A stretch of DNA of 64,000 nucleotides from Eledone cirrhosa (Eukaryota). The notes beneath the pieces are model-generated. The model searched no databases. It saw only the letters and a program-made list of their open reading frames with translations, and was not told the DNA's origin. The stretch is taken from the NCBI GenBank assembly GCA_964016885.1, contig OZ024756.1, positions 27,838,001 through 27,902,000 on the forward strand, in the 5' to 3' direction. The position numbers and the translations under genes were made by a program. Positions 13,706-26,809 of this stretch are shown here, one piece after another. How positions within the stretch are numbered: the first letter of the stretch is position 1; every line of letters begins with the position of its first letter.

Positions 13706-13744
13706 TTAGTAGTATAAGGTACAGAAAGGGTTAAGCAATAATAT

Positions 13745-14025
13745 TGATGGCCTCTCCACAGCCGCGGCGGACAGAATAGAGAAGGCGTTTCTTCGGAGGA
13801 TAGTAATGTAGACGCGCAGGAAGAGCCATTCCAACTCGCGAGGCTCACACCAGCGGCTGGCCTGCTCAGCGCCTATGGTGGTGAGTAGGGAGGTAACCCT
13901 AGGGCCGAGGACACCAGAAGTCTCTACTGCCAAGGATACGACCGCAAACCTGTCGGAGAGTGACCGGTATTTGGAGAGTTTGACGTCCTCGGCCCGACGT
14001 GCAGCAGAATCTGGGTTAGTCGCAG
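13745..14025 (-). mobile_element. CRE-like RLE retrotransposon fragment
   Basis: AVETSGVLGP..EPRELEWLFLRVYITILRRNAFSIL. Confidence 0.8.
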
Positions 14026-14124
14026 TTATCCATAGATAAGGGTTGGCACGAATACCGAATTGAAGATAGCAAGTTTAGCTTTTGCACATACCCCCACTTT
14101 TCCTGATGACAAAATGCCGAAGCT

Positions 14125-15978
14125 GGTTGTGGTGGTGGTGGTGGTGGTGGTGGTGATGATGTTGGTTGTGTGGTGGTGGTGGTAGTGGTAGTGGTGGTGG
14201 TGATGATGGTAATGGTGATAGAAGTGGTCGTGGTGGTGGTGGTGGTGGTGGTGATGATGTTGGTTGTGTGGTGGTGGTGGTAGTGGTGGTGGTGATGATG
14301 GTAATGGTGATAGAAGTGGCCTAGTGGTGGTGATGGTGGCGGTGGTGTTGATGATGTTGGTTGTGTGGTGGTAGTGGTAGTGGTGGTGGTGGTGGTGATG
14401 ATGGTAATGGTGATAGAAGTGGCCTAGTGGTGGTGATGGTGACGGTGGTGTTGATGATGTTGGTTGTGTGGTGGTAGTGGTTATGATGGTGGTGGTGATA
14501 GAATTGGCCTAGTGGTGGTGATGGTGGCGGTGCTGGATAGGATAATAGGGAAGGGGGGGGGGGATTTAATTACACACTGAGTCATGTGAAAACATTTTCT
14601 ACTGTCAACATGTCTGGACACCACCACCACCACCACCACCAGTACCACCACCACCACCACCACCACCACCACCACCACCATCACTACCACCAGTACCATT
14701 AACACTACCACCATTACCACTACCACTACCACCACCACCACCACCAGTACCACCACCACCACCACCACCAGTACCACTACCACCACCACCACCACCACCA
14801 CCAGTACCATTAACACTACCACCATTACCACTACCACTACCACCACCACCACCACCAGTACCACCACCACCACCACTACCATTAACTCTACTACCACCAC
14901 CACCACCATCATCAGTACCATTAACACTACCACCGCTACCACCAGTACCACTACCACTAACACCACCAGTACCATTAACACTACCACTAACACCACCACC
15001 ACCAGTACCATTAACACTACCACTAACACCACCACCACCACCACCACCACCACCACCACCACCACCACCACCACCACCACTACCATTAACACTAACACTA
15101 ACACCACCACCACCAGTACCATTAACACTACCACCACTACCACCACCACCACCATTACCATTAACACTACCACTAAGACCACCACCACCACCACCACCAC
15201 CACCAATACCACCACCACTACCATTAACACTAACACTAACACCACCACCACCAGTACCATTAACACTACCACCACTACCACCACCACCACCAGTACCACT
15301 AACACCACCACCACCACCACCACCACCACCACCACCACTACCATTAACACTACCACTAACACCACCACCACCACCACCACTACCACCACCACCACCACCA
15401 CCACTACCACTAACACCACCACCACCAGTACCATTAACACCACCCTCACTACCTCCACCACCACCACCACCACCACCACCACCACCACTACCATTAACAC
15501 TAACACTAACACCACCACCACCACCACTACCATTAACACTACCACTAACACCACCACCACCAGTACCATTAACACCACCCCCACTACCTTCACCACCACC
15601 ACTACCACCACCACCACCACCACCACCACCACCACTACCACCACCACTAACACCACCAGTACCATTAACACCACCCCCACTACCTCCACCACCACCACCA
15701 CCACCACTACCACCACCACTAACACCACCAGTACCATTAACACCACCCCCACTACCTCCACCACCACCACCACCACTACCACCACCACCACCACCACCAC
15801 CACCACTACCACCACCACCACCACCACCACTACCACCACCACCACCACCACCACCACCACCACCACCACCACCACCACTACCACCACCACTAACACCACC
15901 AGTACCATTAACACCACCCCCACTACCACCACCACCACCACCACCACCACCACCACCACCACCACCACCACCAGTACC
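14125..15978. repeat. (GGT)n tract (14125-14535) facing a (CCA)n mosaic (14619-15978)
   Basis: Direct reading; source of the poly-Val ORF. Confidence 0.95.
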
Positions 15979-16076
15979 AGATCTTAACGGTTCAAGTTTT
16001 TCCTGGATAGTCAGGAAAAACTTGAACCGTTAAGATCTTCTTCCTGGATATGTCAATATTTATAAAACAAACTTTG

Positions 16077-16137
16077 TATTTTATCTGATGAGTGCGTACC
16101 AAAGTTTTGGTACCCTTGAAATATATATAATAGAATA
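16077..16137 (+). ncRNA. Type-I hammerhead ribozyme motif
   Basis: UAUUUUAU CUGAUGA ..GUACCAAA-G-UUUUGGUAC.. GAAA UAUAUA UA AUAGAAUA; 8-bp stem I and palindromic stem III. Confidence 0.8.
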
Positions 16138-16273
16138 AATATGGTTTTATAAATATAGTTTCCATTTATTTAATATCATTGAATATTATACTCCAGAAAA
16201 CTTGTCGAGTGCTTCGAATCAGTTATAAACATATATATTTGTTGAATTACCAACAAATTAAATATCCCTTTTG

Positions 16274-16338
<65 letters not shown>

Positions 16339-16386
16339 GACTGATATTATGCTATTACCATTCAGTTCGTAATAGCATAATAGCAG

Positions 16387-16427
<41 letters not shown>

Positions 16428-16565
16428 ACTTGTAATTTTAAACATTTGACTTTTTATTTAACTTTATTTTACATTACTCCGGAGTAACCAAACCAACCTG
16501 TGCACTTCGTCGAGTGCTCTAGCCTGCATACTGAGTTATTGGTATACAACCAACATATATTAAAA

Positions 16566-16640
<75 letters not shown>

Positions 16641-16642
<2 letters not shown>

Positions 16643-17078
16643 GATATTAAACAAATGGAAACTACATTTATAAAACCATTATATATATTTCAGGGATATC
16701 ATATTAAAAATATGGTATGCCCTCTTCAGATAAAATACAATATATAAACAGTTTTATAAATAAATTTGACATACCTTAAAATTTTACAACTTCCATTTAA
16801 AAACTTTTTAAATAACAACTTTTTAAATGGAAGTTGTAAAATTTTAAGGTATGTCAAATTTATTTATAAAACTGTTTATATATTGTATTTTATCTGAAGA
16901 GGGCATACCATATTTTTAATATGATATCCCTGAAATATATATAATGAAATAAATATGGTTTTATAAATGTAGTTTCCATTTGTTTAATATCGTAAAATAC
17001 TCCAAAACTTGTTGAGTGCTTTTATATCAGTTATAAAATATTTACTCGTTGTAACCCAACAATTTTAAATAAAACTTT

Positions 17079-17082
<4 letters not shown>
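16641..17082. mobile_element. Inverted pair of a Penelope-like short element (arms about 165 bp) inside (TA)n
   Basis: 16641-16803 is the reverse complement of about 16820-16993; the + copy runs on to ..AAAACTTTTGC(AT)n. Confidence 0.85.
16886..16951 (+). ncRNA. Type-I hammerhead ribozyme motif (mirror copy at 16677-16737 on minus)
   Basis: UAUUUUAU CUGAAGA GGGcAUAcCAUAUU-UUU-AAUAUGaUAUCCC U GAAA UAUAUA UA AUGAAAUA. Confidence 0.82.
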
Positions 17083-17110
<28 letters not shown>

Positions 17111-17347
17111 CGACTGCTGTTATGCTATTACGAACTGAATGGTAGTGTTAAAGATTTGCTTGTTACATATTTCTGGCTATAAAATCCATTTGTTCCCATT
17201 AAAGCCAAGCAATGTCTCCGGTAGCATTGTGATTAGAATTCATAAGAATGCCAGCAAACGAAACTAAATCCTCTATGGCATTTAGTGCAATGATCTAAAT
17301 TTCATAATTCAATGGTGATTTTAACTCCTCATAAAACATAATCATAA

Positions 17348-17525
17348 TAATTGTTTCTACTTTTGGCACAAGGCCAGCAATTACCCAGTGCATTACTGGT
17401 AGTTTATTTTATCGACCCCGTAAGAATGAAAGGCAAAGTTAACCTCGATGGGATTTGAATTCAGACCGTAAAGGACCATAACTCTATGTTGCAAAGCAGG
17501 GCGTCCGACCCTCTATTGATACTAC
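17348..17525 (-). mobile_element. tRNA-type SINE (family A)
   Basis: Reverse complement of the family-A sequence, with an (AAT)n-like tail. Confidence 0.85.
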
Positions 17526-18225
17526 CCCCCCCCCCCCGTACCAATAATAATAATAATAATAATAATAATAATTGTTTCTACTTTTGGCACAAGGCCAGCA
17601 ATTACCCAGTACATTACTGGTACTTTATTTTATCGACCCCGTAAGGATGAAAGGCAAAATGATTTCATTTATTAGCCACAAAAGCCCACATGTAGGGGAC
17701 AATACAAAGACAGGAATAGTGGGGTTTACAATAAGCTCGAGTAAAAATGCACAAAGGCAAAATAATAATAATGACAACAACAACCACCACAACGGGAAGA
17801 CGAAGAAGAAGAAAAGAAAAGAAAAGAAAAGAAAAGAAAAGAAAAGAAAAGAAAAGAAAAGAAAAGAAAAGAAAAGAAGTAGAAGAAAAAGAAAAGAATA
17901 AGAAAAAGAACAACAGCAACAGCAACGAGGCAAACTACTCAGGTATAATATTTTTCTATAGGCAAGCAATATATTATTTCCACTACGATCTTTTGACAAC
18001 ACCTATATATATTTGCTTGTCACTATACAATAAAGTGGTCTTCGTTCTCACACACACTATCTCGATATTCTCATTCATAAATTTTACTTAATGGAAACTC
18101 AAGCACAATATAATTATCCCGAGTGCATTCCTTCTCCCTTTCTCCCATTCCCATTGTGGTGAGACATACAATAACCCTTAACACATAGACGAACGTCATA
18201 GATTCATAAACACCTTTACCCAGCT

Positions 18226-18504
18226 ATGTATGTATGTATGTATGTATGTATGTATGTATGTATGTATGTATGTATGTATGTATGTATGTATGTATGTATG
18301 TATGTATGTATGTATGTATGTATGTATGTATGTATGTATGTATGTATGTATGTATGTATGTATGTATGTATGTATGTATGTATGTATGTATGTATGTATG
18401 TATGTATGTATGTATGTATGTATGTATGTATGTATGTATGTATGTATGTATGTATGTATGTATGTATGTATGTATGTATGTATGTATGTATGTATGTATG
18501 TATG
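18226..18504. repeat. Perfect (ATGT)n, about 70 units
   Basis: Direct reading. Confidence 0.98.
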
Positions 18505-19078
18505 TTCTTCTGGTTTTATAATTTCACAAATGTTTCCCAATAGAGAGAGAGTCGGTTTCTAACATAGACACAATACTCTCTCATTGGAATTTACACAACA
18601 TCAACTAGGTAGGTATGTATGTATGCATGTGTAGATATGGATGTTATTGTATGTGTGGATGTGTATGTTTTGAGTTGTATGTGTGCATGTGTATATGCTT
18701 TGCATCTGTACATGTGTATATGCAGTTATTAGATGCAACATTTTTGGAATGTTTTTCATATTTTTACTGTTCCATTAATGGATTGTACTTGTAATTTCCT
18801 AACTAGTTGTGTTCTTTCTGTTCCTGTGAAGCCCAGCTTCTCAAGATTTGTATTGAGGCAGTTACTAACATACCCCAGTGCTCCAATAATCACAGGCATA
18901 AATCTGAAGGTGTAATCAGGGTGGAGTATCTGCAGATTTCTCATCAGTTCTGCATAAATATTCTCCTTTTTGCTAATCTTTGATATTATATTGGCATCTG
19001 CTGGGCAGCTAATTTCCACTACTGTGCATGCTTTCTTCTCCCTGTCCCATATCATAATATCTGGTCTGTTATGCCTGT
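18505..19078 (-). mobile_element. R4/Dong-like retrotransposon 3' end (restriction-like endonuclease plus 3'UTR)
   Basis: RHNRPDIMIWDREKKACTVVEISCP..PVIIGALG, a PD-(D/E)xK-type RLE motif; 5'-truncated and flanked by TATG repeats. Confidence 0.85.
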
Positions 19079-19121
19079 ATTATGTATGATTGTGTGTATG
19101 TATGTATGAATGTATGTATGA

Positions 19122-19865
19122 ACAAAGGGTGGAAGAACTCATTAGAGTCAACGGCCATCCAAAAATGTGTAAATATGTATATACATATGTACATATGTAT
19201 ATATGTGTATATATGTGTGCAGTTATACATGTGTATATATATGCGAGGGGATATAGAAATAATCGGGCTGGATATCCAATCGCACGGGAGTGAAGTACCC
19301 TTAGCCTTTGTCAGGGCATTCTTCTAGGAGAAGGCAACTCAGGAAACTGGGATAACTCCGACATAAAACCTGCGGCTCAGTAGTTACCGATGATGTTGAT
19401 CTTTTCTTCTTTTCGGGTTATAGCTACTGTCGCTCAGAGAGTGGGATTGGCTCAGTGCACAGTCTTTCCTCACTTTAAAAAAAAATCCTTACGCACAGGG
19501 ATTGCACGATAGAATTAATAATTATTAATAATGTTATATCGTGCAATGGTCATATTCGATAACGAGGGGGCGGCCATCATGTAAGCATGTATGTATGTAT
19601 GTATGTATGTATGTATGTATGTATGTATGTATGTATGTACGGCACAGGCATTGCTTTATATCTGGAGATCTCTCTGCACTTGTCGTCACATGGTACCATG
19701 GGCCCAGCACTATGTGTCAATAATTGTCACAAGTGTAATGTTTGTACCAGAGTTTTCAAGTCGCTGGCTGGACTAAAAAGTCACACTCGTTCAGCGCATC
19801 GGTAGGGGTTCTTCTACATGGATATAAAGTAGTGACCGTACTCGAAAACAAGTTGGCAGCCACCA
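19122..19865 (+). mobile_element. Two RTE-derived non-autonomous element fragments with (ATGT)n tails
   Basis: 19122-19581 ends ..TCGATAACGAGGGGGCGGCCATCATGT; 19639-19865 encodes HKCNVCTRVFKSLAGLKSHTRSAHR* followed by CTCGAAAAC.AG..GCAGCCACCATGT. Confidence 0.7.
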
Positions 19866-19874
19866 TGTATGTAT

Positions 19875-20328
19875 GTTCTTCTTATGTCTCTCTTTCTCTT
19901 AATTTCGAGTACATTTTTGACCGGCCACCTTCCTGGTGGCAAGGTTGTAAAGGAAAAGAAATTGTCATCCCTTGAATCGCAAGAATGTTTTTGCAAATTT
20001 TGAAGGTGCCAGCAATGGCAGCCATTTGTAGACTACGAATTAGGGAGCTGCGCTCTTTGTCCGCCAATCCAAGTTCAGTTATACTTTGGTCCAAGCGGGT
20101 TGGTATATAACTTGTAGCTCCAATAATGATGGGTATGAAGCTGAAGGTGTATCTTGGATACTGGATCTACAAACTCCTCATCAATGGTCCGTAGATGTCC
20201 TCCTCCTGTATTTTTCTTATAAAGTTGACATTAAGTGGACAGCTGATCTCTACAACAGAGCACGTTTTCAATGCGTGGTCCCAAACAACAATATCAGGCC
20301 GGTTGTGCTTTAATTTGGTGGCAGTTTT
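19875..20328 (-). mobile_element. Second R4/Dong-like family, 3' end (RLE domain)
   Basis: KLKHNRPDIVVWD..VVEISCPLNVN..IPIIIGA..; flanked on both sides by (TATG)n. Confidence 0.85.
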
Positions 20329-20408
20329 TATGTATGTATGTGTGCGTGTCTACACATACACACGCACGCACGCACACGCACGCACGCGCACGCACGCGCA
20401 CGCACGCG

Positions 20409-20516
<108 letters not shown>

Positions 20517-20598
20517 GTTAATAAATGAAACAAACAAAACGCAGGAAGCAATTTTTACACAGTTATATTAGGTTCACGCTTGGTGGAACTGGGGGAGG

Positions 20599-20634
20599 TT
20601 TCGACGTTTCGGACAGAAGTCCTTCTTCAGGAAA
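20599..20634 (-). ncRNA. Minimal type-I hammerhead ribozyme motif, fully canonical core
   Basis: Minus strand UUUC CUGAAGA A GGAC-UUCU-GUCC GAA ACGU C GAAA; palindromic ACGU stem III with a GUC site. Confidence 0.88.
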
Positions 20635-20685
20635 GTTCGGATAGGGAGAGAACAGATACAAGAAAGAATAGTTAGAGAAAGAAAA

Positions 20686-20736
<51 letters not shown>

Positions 20737-20847
20737 GTGTGTGTGTGTGTATAATATATATATATACATGAATAATATACATGAGTTATATATAAATTTT
20801 ACATGTGAACAAATGTAAAATTTATTCATCATAACTATTATATTAAA

Positions 20848-21246
20848 TAATTGTTTCTACTTTTGGCACAAGGCCAGCAAATACCCAGTGTATTACTGGT
20901 ACTTTATTTTATCGACCCCGTAAGGATGAAAGGCAAAGTTAACCTCGGCGGGATTTGAACTCAGAATGGCAAGGGCCGTAACTCTATGCGTCAAAGCATG
21001 GTGTCCGACCCTCTACCGATACTGCCAATTCACCGCCCTTTACACCATCTTAATAATATTAAATAATTGTTTCTACTTTTGGCACAAGGCCAGCAATTAC
21101 CCAGTACGTTACTGGTACTTTATTTTATCGATCCTCGTGAGGATGAAAGGCAAAGTCAACCTCGGCGGGATTTGAACTCAGATCGTAAAGGGACGTAACT
21201 ATGCTGGAAAGCATGTCCGACCCTCTACTGATACTGCCAATTCACC
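20848..21246 (-). mobile_element. Two tandem family-A SINEs
   Basis: 20848-21037 and 21065-21246. Confidence 0.85.
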
Positions 21247-21273
21247 AAATAAAGCTCTCTTCACTCTGAAGAA

Positions 21274-21319
21274 CAACTCGACTAGTTTCACCTGATCATT
21301 GCCACCTCATCAGGAATGC
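21274..21319 (-). ncRNA. Type-I hammerhead ribozyme motif (weak stem II)
   Basis: Minus strand GCAUUC CUGAUGA GGUGGCAAUGAUCAGGU GAA ACUAGU C GAGUUG. Confidence 0.7.
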
Positions 21320-21464
21320 TTATCTCATCCATTCTACTGAGAAAGAGAAAGACAGTAGTTTATAGCTACCCATGAAAAATGCGTATGGTGTGGATGTTGG
21401 ATTGGGCGGCGTGTTGGGCTTTTGAGCAAAATACTTTATTTCACTTTGTTCCTCCTCCTCCTCC

Positions 21465-22135
21465 TTCTTCTTCTTCTTCTTCTTCTTCTTCTTCTTCTTC
21501 TTCTTCTTCTTCTTCTTCTTCTTCACCTACTTATTTTTGAGAGGGTCGTGGAGGAAGAGTGCTCCAACACACCTTCCAGCGGGTCCTGTCTGAAGCAACC
21601 GTCTCCAACTGATCCGGCTGGATCATGAAGCATGACTAGCCAAGCTCATGGATATTATCCAACCATCTTGTTCGGGGTCTACCCCAGGGTCTCTTACCGG
21701 TTGGTTTTGCTCTTAAAATCTGTCCAGTGATTCTTTCCTGAGACATTCTAACCACATGCCCCATAGTATCGGAGCTGCGAAGTAGCGACTCTACCTGGAG
21801 TGACACTCTGAACACGACCCCGAGGTACTTGAACTTCTCTACCTACGTCAGTGGGACGCCATTCACATGTAGCGTGCACTGAGCAGACTTCCTTGAGAGG
21901 ACGAGTGTCTCAGTTTTCGCAGCATTGATTTTCATTCCAGCTATGCAATACTCGGCCTCAAGTGCAAGTCGAAGATCATCTTCTGTCAATTCTTGCATTT
22001 AATTTAGCCTCCTTCCTTCCACCACTCGTGAACACAGCTCCGAGATACTTCAACGTTTCCATCTGCTTCAGTGAAACTCCATTCACATGTAGAGCGCACT
22101 GTGCAAGCTTCCTTGAGAGGACGAGTGTCTTAGCT
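21465..22135 (-). mobile_element. RTE-clade LINE fragments with a (GAA)n tail
   Basis: SQLRYYGHVVRMSQERITGQILRAKPTGKRP.GRPRTRWLDNI; RT pieces (..K.LG/FKYLG-like) at 21810-22135. Confidence 0.75.
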
Positions 22136-22284
22136 TTGTAGTTGTGACCAACAGAAAATACCGGAAGTCTCTACTGCCACTGGCTCAAGGCATTGGTCGT
22201 AGTAGATTTGAGCATTTTCACAGCTATATATAAAACAATACTAAGGATTCAAACTATAAATAGGAAGTCACAAAGTTCGTCACA

Positions 22285-22682
22285 AGTATGAAAATACACT
22301 CTTGACAGGTACAATGTGTCCGAACACGGAAGAGCCGAACTCCCACCGTCATCGCCCCCATCTCTCTCGCGCACCCTGTCTCTCTGAATAGTGAGCAAAT
22401 TGGGTCCCACATGCTGGCCTCCCCACAGCCCCGGCGGACAGAATGGAGAAGGCGTTTTCCCGGAGAATGGTAAGGGAGATGCGTTGGAAGAACCATTCCA
22501 TCTCGCGCGGCTCACACCAGGCGGCTGGCCAGCTCAGCGCCTATGGAGGTGAGTAAGGAGGTAGCCCTAGGGCCAAGGACACCAGAAGTCTCCACTGCCA
22601 AGGGCACGACCGCAAACCTGTCGGAGAGCGACCGGTACTTGGAGAGTTTCGCCTCCTCAGCCCGAAGAGCAGCAGAACCTGG
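22285..22682 (-). mobile_element. CRE-like RLE retrotransposon 3' fragment plus 3'UTR
   Basis: Near-identical to 42830-43198. Further pieces at 9515-9605, 50513-50835 and 51860-52085. Confidence 0.8.
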
Positions 22683-22734
22683 ATTGAAATAATAAGCAAT
22701 GGAAACTTAAATGAAAACATTATCAATAGAAACC

Positions 22735-23185
22735 ACGCCGAGGTCAACTTTGCCTTTCATCCTTACGGAATCGATAAAATAAAGTACCAGTAATACACTG
22801 CTATAATTGCTGGCCTACTGCCAAAAGTAGAAACAATTATCGGTAGAGGGTCGGACGCCATGCTTTGCAGCAAAGAGTTACGGCCCTTTATGGTCTGAAT
22901 TCAAATCCCGCCGAGGTCAACTTTGCCTTTCATCCTTACGGAGTCGATAAAATAAAGTACCAGTAATGCACTGGGTAATTGCTGGCATTGTGCCAAAAGT
23001 AGAAACAATTATCGGTAGAGGGTCGGACGCCATGCTTTGCAGCAAAGAGTTACGGCCCTTTATGGTCTGAATTCAAATCCCGCCGAGGTTAACTTTGCCT
23101 TTCATCCTTACGGGGTCGATAAAATAAAGTACCAGTAATACACTGCTATAATTGCTGGCCTACTGCCAAAAGTAGAAACAATTAT
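22735..23185 (+). mobile_element. Head-to-tail array of three 5'-truncated family-A SINEs
   Basis: Unit of about 175 bp repeated; tail variants alternate A-B-A. Confidence 0.88.
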
Positions 23186-23284
23186 TTCTTTCGTCCAATT
23201 CTGACAATCAGCTTCTTTTATTTTGTGGAAAATATGACCAGCTACTAAACAGTAAGAAAAAAACATCGCAACAACAACAACAGT

Positions 23285-23333
<49 letters not shown>

Positions 23334-23580
23334 GCAACAACAGCAACAACAACAGCAACACGTCTCACACTTAACATATTTCTGTATTTCTTTGTGTCTC
23401 AGTCTGACTGTCACTTTTTCCTCCGCCTCTCCCTCTCCCTGTCTGTCAGTCTGTCTGTCACTCTTCCCCCCTCTCTCTCTCATTCTTTATCTCTCCCTCT
23501 ATCAGCCTGTCTAACACTCTATCCCCCCCTCTCTCTCTCTCTCTTTATCTCTCCCTCTATCAGCCTGTCTAACACTCTGT

Positions 23581-23611
<31 letters not shown>

Positions 23612-23655
23612 TTATCTCTCCCTCTATCAGTCTGTCTATCACTCTGTTCCCAGCC

Positions 23656-23726
<71 letters not shown>

Positions 23727-24537
23727 CTCCAGCTCTCTCCTCACTTCCTCCTCCTCTTCCTCCTCCCTCACATTCTCTGATTTTATTCTTTCTTCTACCC
23801 GCTTCCGCTGTTAAAACTTCCTCCTCTACAAATCTGGACTCCCTCCCCCCACCTCTATCTCCCTCCCTCATCTATCTCCTCCTCTCCTCACTCCCTACTC
23901 CACCCCTCCTCCATCTCTCCCACCTGTTTCATCTCTTACACCGCCCCCTCCCTTCTGTTACAATCCACAAATCAAGGTAAATCTGACCTCTTTTTCCTTC
24001 TGTTTTCCTCTCTATGTATTCCAGTTATGACAATACCCCCCCCCCCCCCCACAGTTTCACACACACACACACATTTATACACGCATACGTACACTCACAC
24101 ACACACATTTATACACGCATACACACACACACACACATTTATACACGCATACGTACACACACACACATTTATACACGCACACACACACACACACATTTAT
24201 ACATACACACCCACACACATTTATACACGCATATACACACACACATGCGCGCATACACAGACACACACATGCACACACACACACACACACATGCACACAA
24301 TTATACATACACACACACTCATTTATACCACGCATACATACACACACACTTATACAAGCATGCATGGGGGTAGTAGGAAGGGGAGGAAAGGCTGGGAAGA
24401 GGAAGGAGGGGGGGATCGGGGAGAGGAAGGAGAGAGGAAAGGGGGAGCGGGAAGAGGCTTCTAGTAGGAGGCCGGATTTTTGTTGAATTCCTCCTGTTCA
24501 ACAAGAGCAAGAGGAACACACCATGAACGGAGAGACA

Positions 24538-26636
24538 AACAACAACAACAACAACAACAACAACAGCAGCAGCAGCAGCGATAAGAAATATGTTAGGAAG
24601 AGAAAATACCAACACCACCACCAACACCACCAACACCACTACAACCACCACCAACCACCACTACAACCACCACCAAAACCACCAACACCACTACACCACG
24701 ACACCCAACAACACTACCAACACCACTACAACCACCACCAACCACCACTACAACCACCACCAAAACCACCAACACCACTACACCCAACAACACTACCAAC
24801 ACCACTACAACCACCACCAACCACCACTACAACCACCACCAAAACCACCAACACCACTACACCACGACAACCAACAACACTACCAACACCACTACAACCA
24901 CCAACAACCACCACCACCAACACCACCAACCACCACCACCACTACAACCAACCACCACCACCACCACCACCACTACAACCAACAACCTACCACCACCACC
25001 ACCACCACTACAACCACCACCCCACACTCAACACCCACACCACCCACAACCACCACCACCACCACCCACACCACCACCAACCACCACCACCACCACCACC
25101 AAACCACACCACCAACACCCCACCACCACCACCCCACCACACCAACACCACCACCACCACCAACACCACTACACCACCACCCACCACCACCACCACACCC
25201 ACACCAACAACCACCACCACCACCAACACCCCTACAACCACCAACACCACTACAACCCACAACCACCACCACCACCAACACCACTACAACCAACAACCAC
25301 CACCCACCAACACCACTACAACCAACCACCACCACCACCACCACCACAACCAACACCACCACAACCACCAACACCACTACAACCAACAACCACCACCACC
25401 CAACACCACTACAACCACCAACCACCACCACCAACACCACAACCACCCAACACCACTACAACCAACAACCACCACCACCACCAACACCACTACAACCAAC
25501 AACCACCACCACCACCAACACCACTACAACCAACAACCACCACCACCAACACCACCACAACCAACAACACCACTACACCAACAACCACCACCCACCACCA
25601 ACACCACTACAACCAACAACCACCACCACCACCAACACCACTACAACCAACAACCACCACCACCACAACACCACTACAACCACCAACCACCACCACCAAC
25701 ACCACTACATCCACCAACACCACTACAACCAACAACCACCACCACCACCAACACCACTACAACCAACAACCACCACCACCACCAACACCACTACAACCAA
25801 CAACCACCACCACCACCAACACCACTACAACCAACAACCACCACCACCAACACCACTACAACCAACAACCACCACCACCAACACCACCACAACCAACAAC
25901 ACCACTACAACCAACAACCACCACCACCACCAACACCACTACAACCAACAACCACCACCACCACCAACACCACTACAACCAACAACCACCACCACCAACA
26001 CCACTACAACCACCAACCACCACCACCAACACCACTACATCCACCAACACCACTACAACCAACAACCACCACCACCACCAACACCACTACAACCAACAAC
26101 CACCACCACCACCAACACCACTACAACCAACAACCACCACCACCACCAACACCACTACAACCAACAACCACCACCACCACCAACACCACTACAACCAACA
26201 ACCACCACCACCAACACCACTACAACCACCAACCACCACCACCAACACCACTACAACCAACAACCACCAACACCAACAACAACACCAACAACAACACCAA
26301 CACCAACCACAACCACCACCAACACCACCACCAACACCACTACAACCACCAACCACCAACACCAACCACAACCACCACCAACACCACCACCAACACCACT
26401 ACAACCACCAACCACCAACACCAACCACAACCACCACCAACACCACCACCAACACCACTACAACCACCAACCACCAACACCAACCACAACCACCACCAAC
26501 ACCACCACCAACACCACTACAACCACCAACCACCAACACCAACCACAACCACCACCAACACCACCACCACTACCAACAACAACAACCACCGCCAACAACA
26601 ACAACAACAACCACCATCACCACTACAACAACAATA
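24538..26636. repeat. (CCA/CAA/CTA)n trinucleotide mosaic
   Basis: Direct reading; source of the H/Q/P/T ORFs. Confidence 0.95.
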
Positions 26637-26809
26637 ATAATAATTGCTTCTACTTTTGGCACAAGGCCAGCAACTACCGAGTGCATTACTGGTACTTTCT
26701 TTTATCGACCCCGTAATGATGAAAGGCAAAGTTAACCTCGGCGGGATTATGAGAGAAAGTATGTGGCTGGGTGTGTGTGTGTGTGTGTGTGTAAGTATGT
26801 GTGTGTGTG

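Noticed and set aside
14481-15971. 496-aa poly-Val ORF
   Set aside because: Translation of a (CCA)n microsatellite.
24523-26716. His/Gln/Pro/Thr-rich ~700-aa ORFs resembling extensin or mucin
   Set aside because: Trinucleotide mosaic whose frame drifts among poly-H, -P and -T and ends in a SINE; no gene structure.
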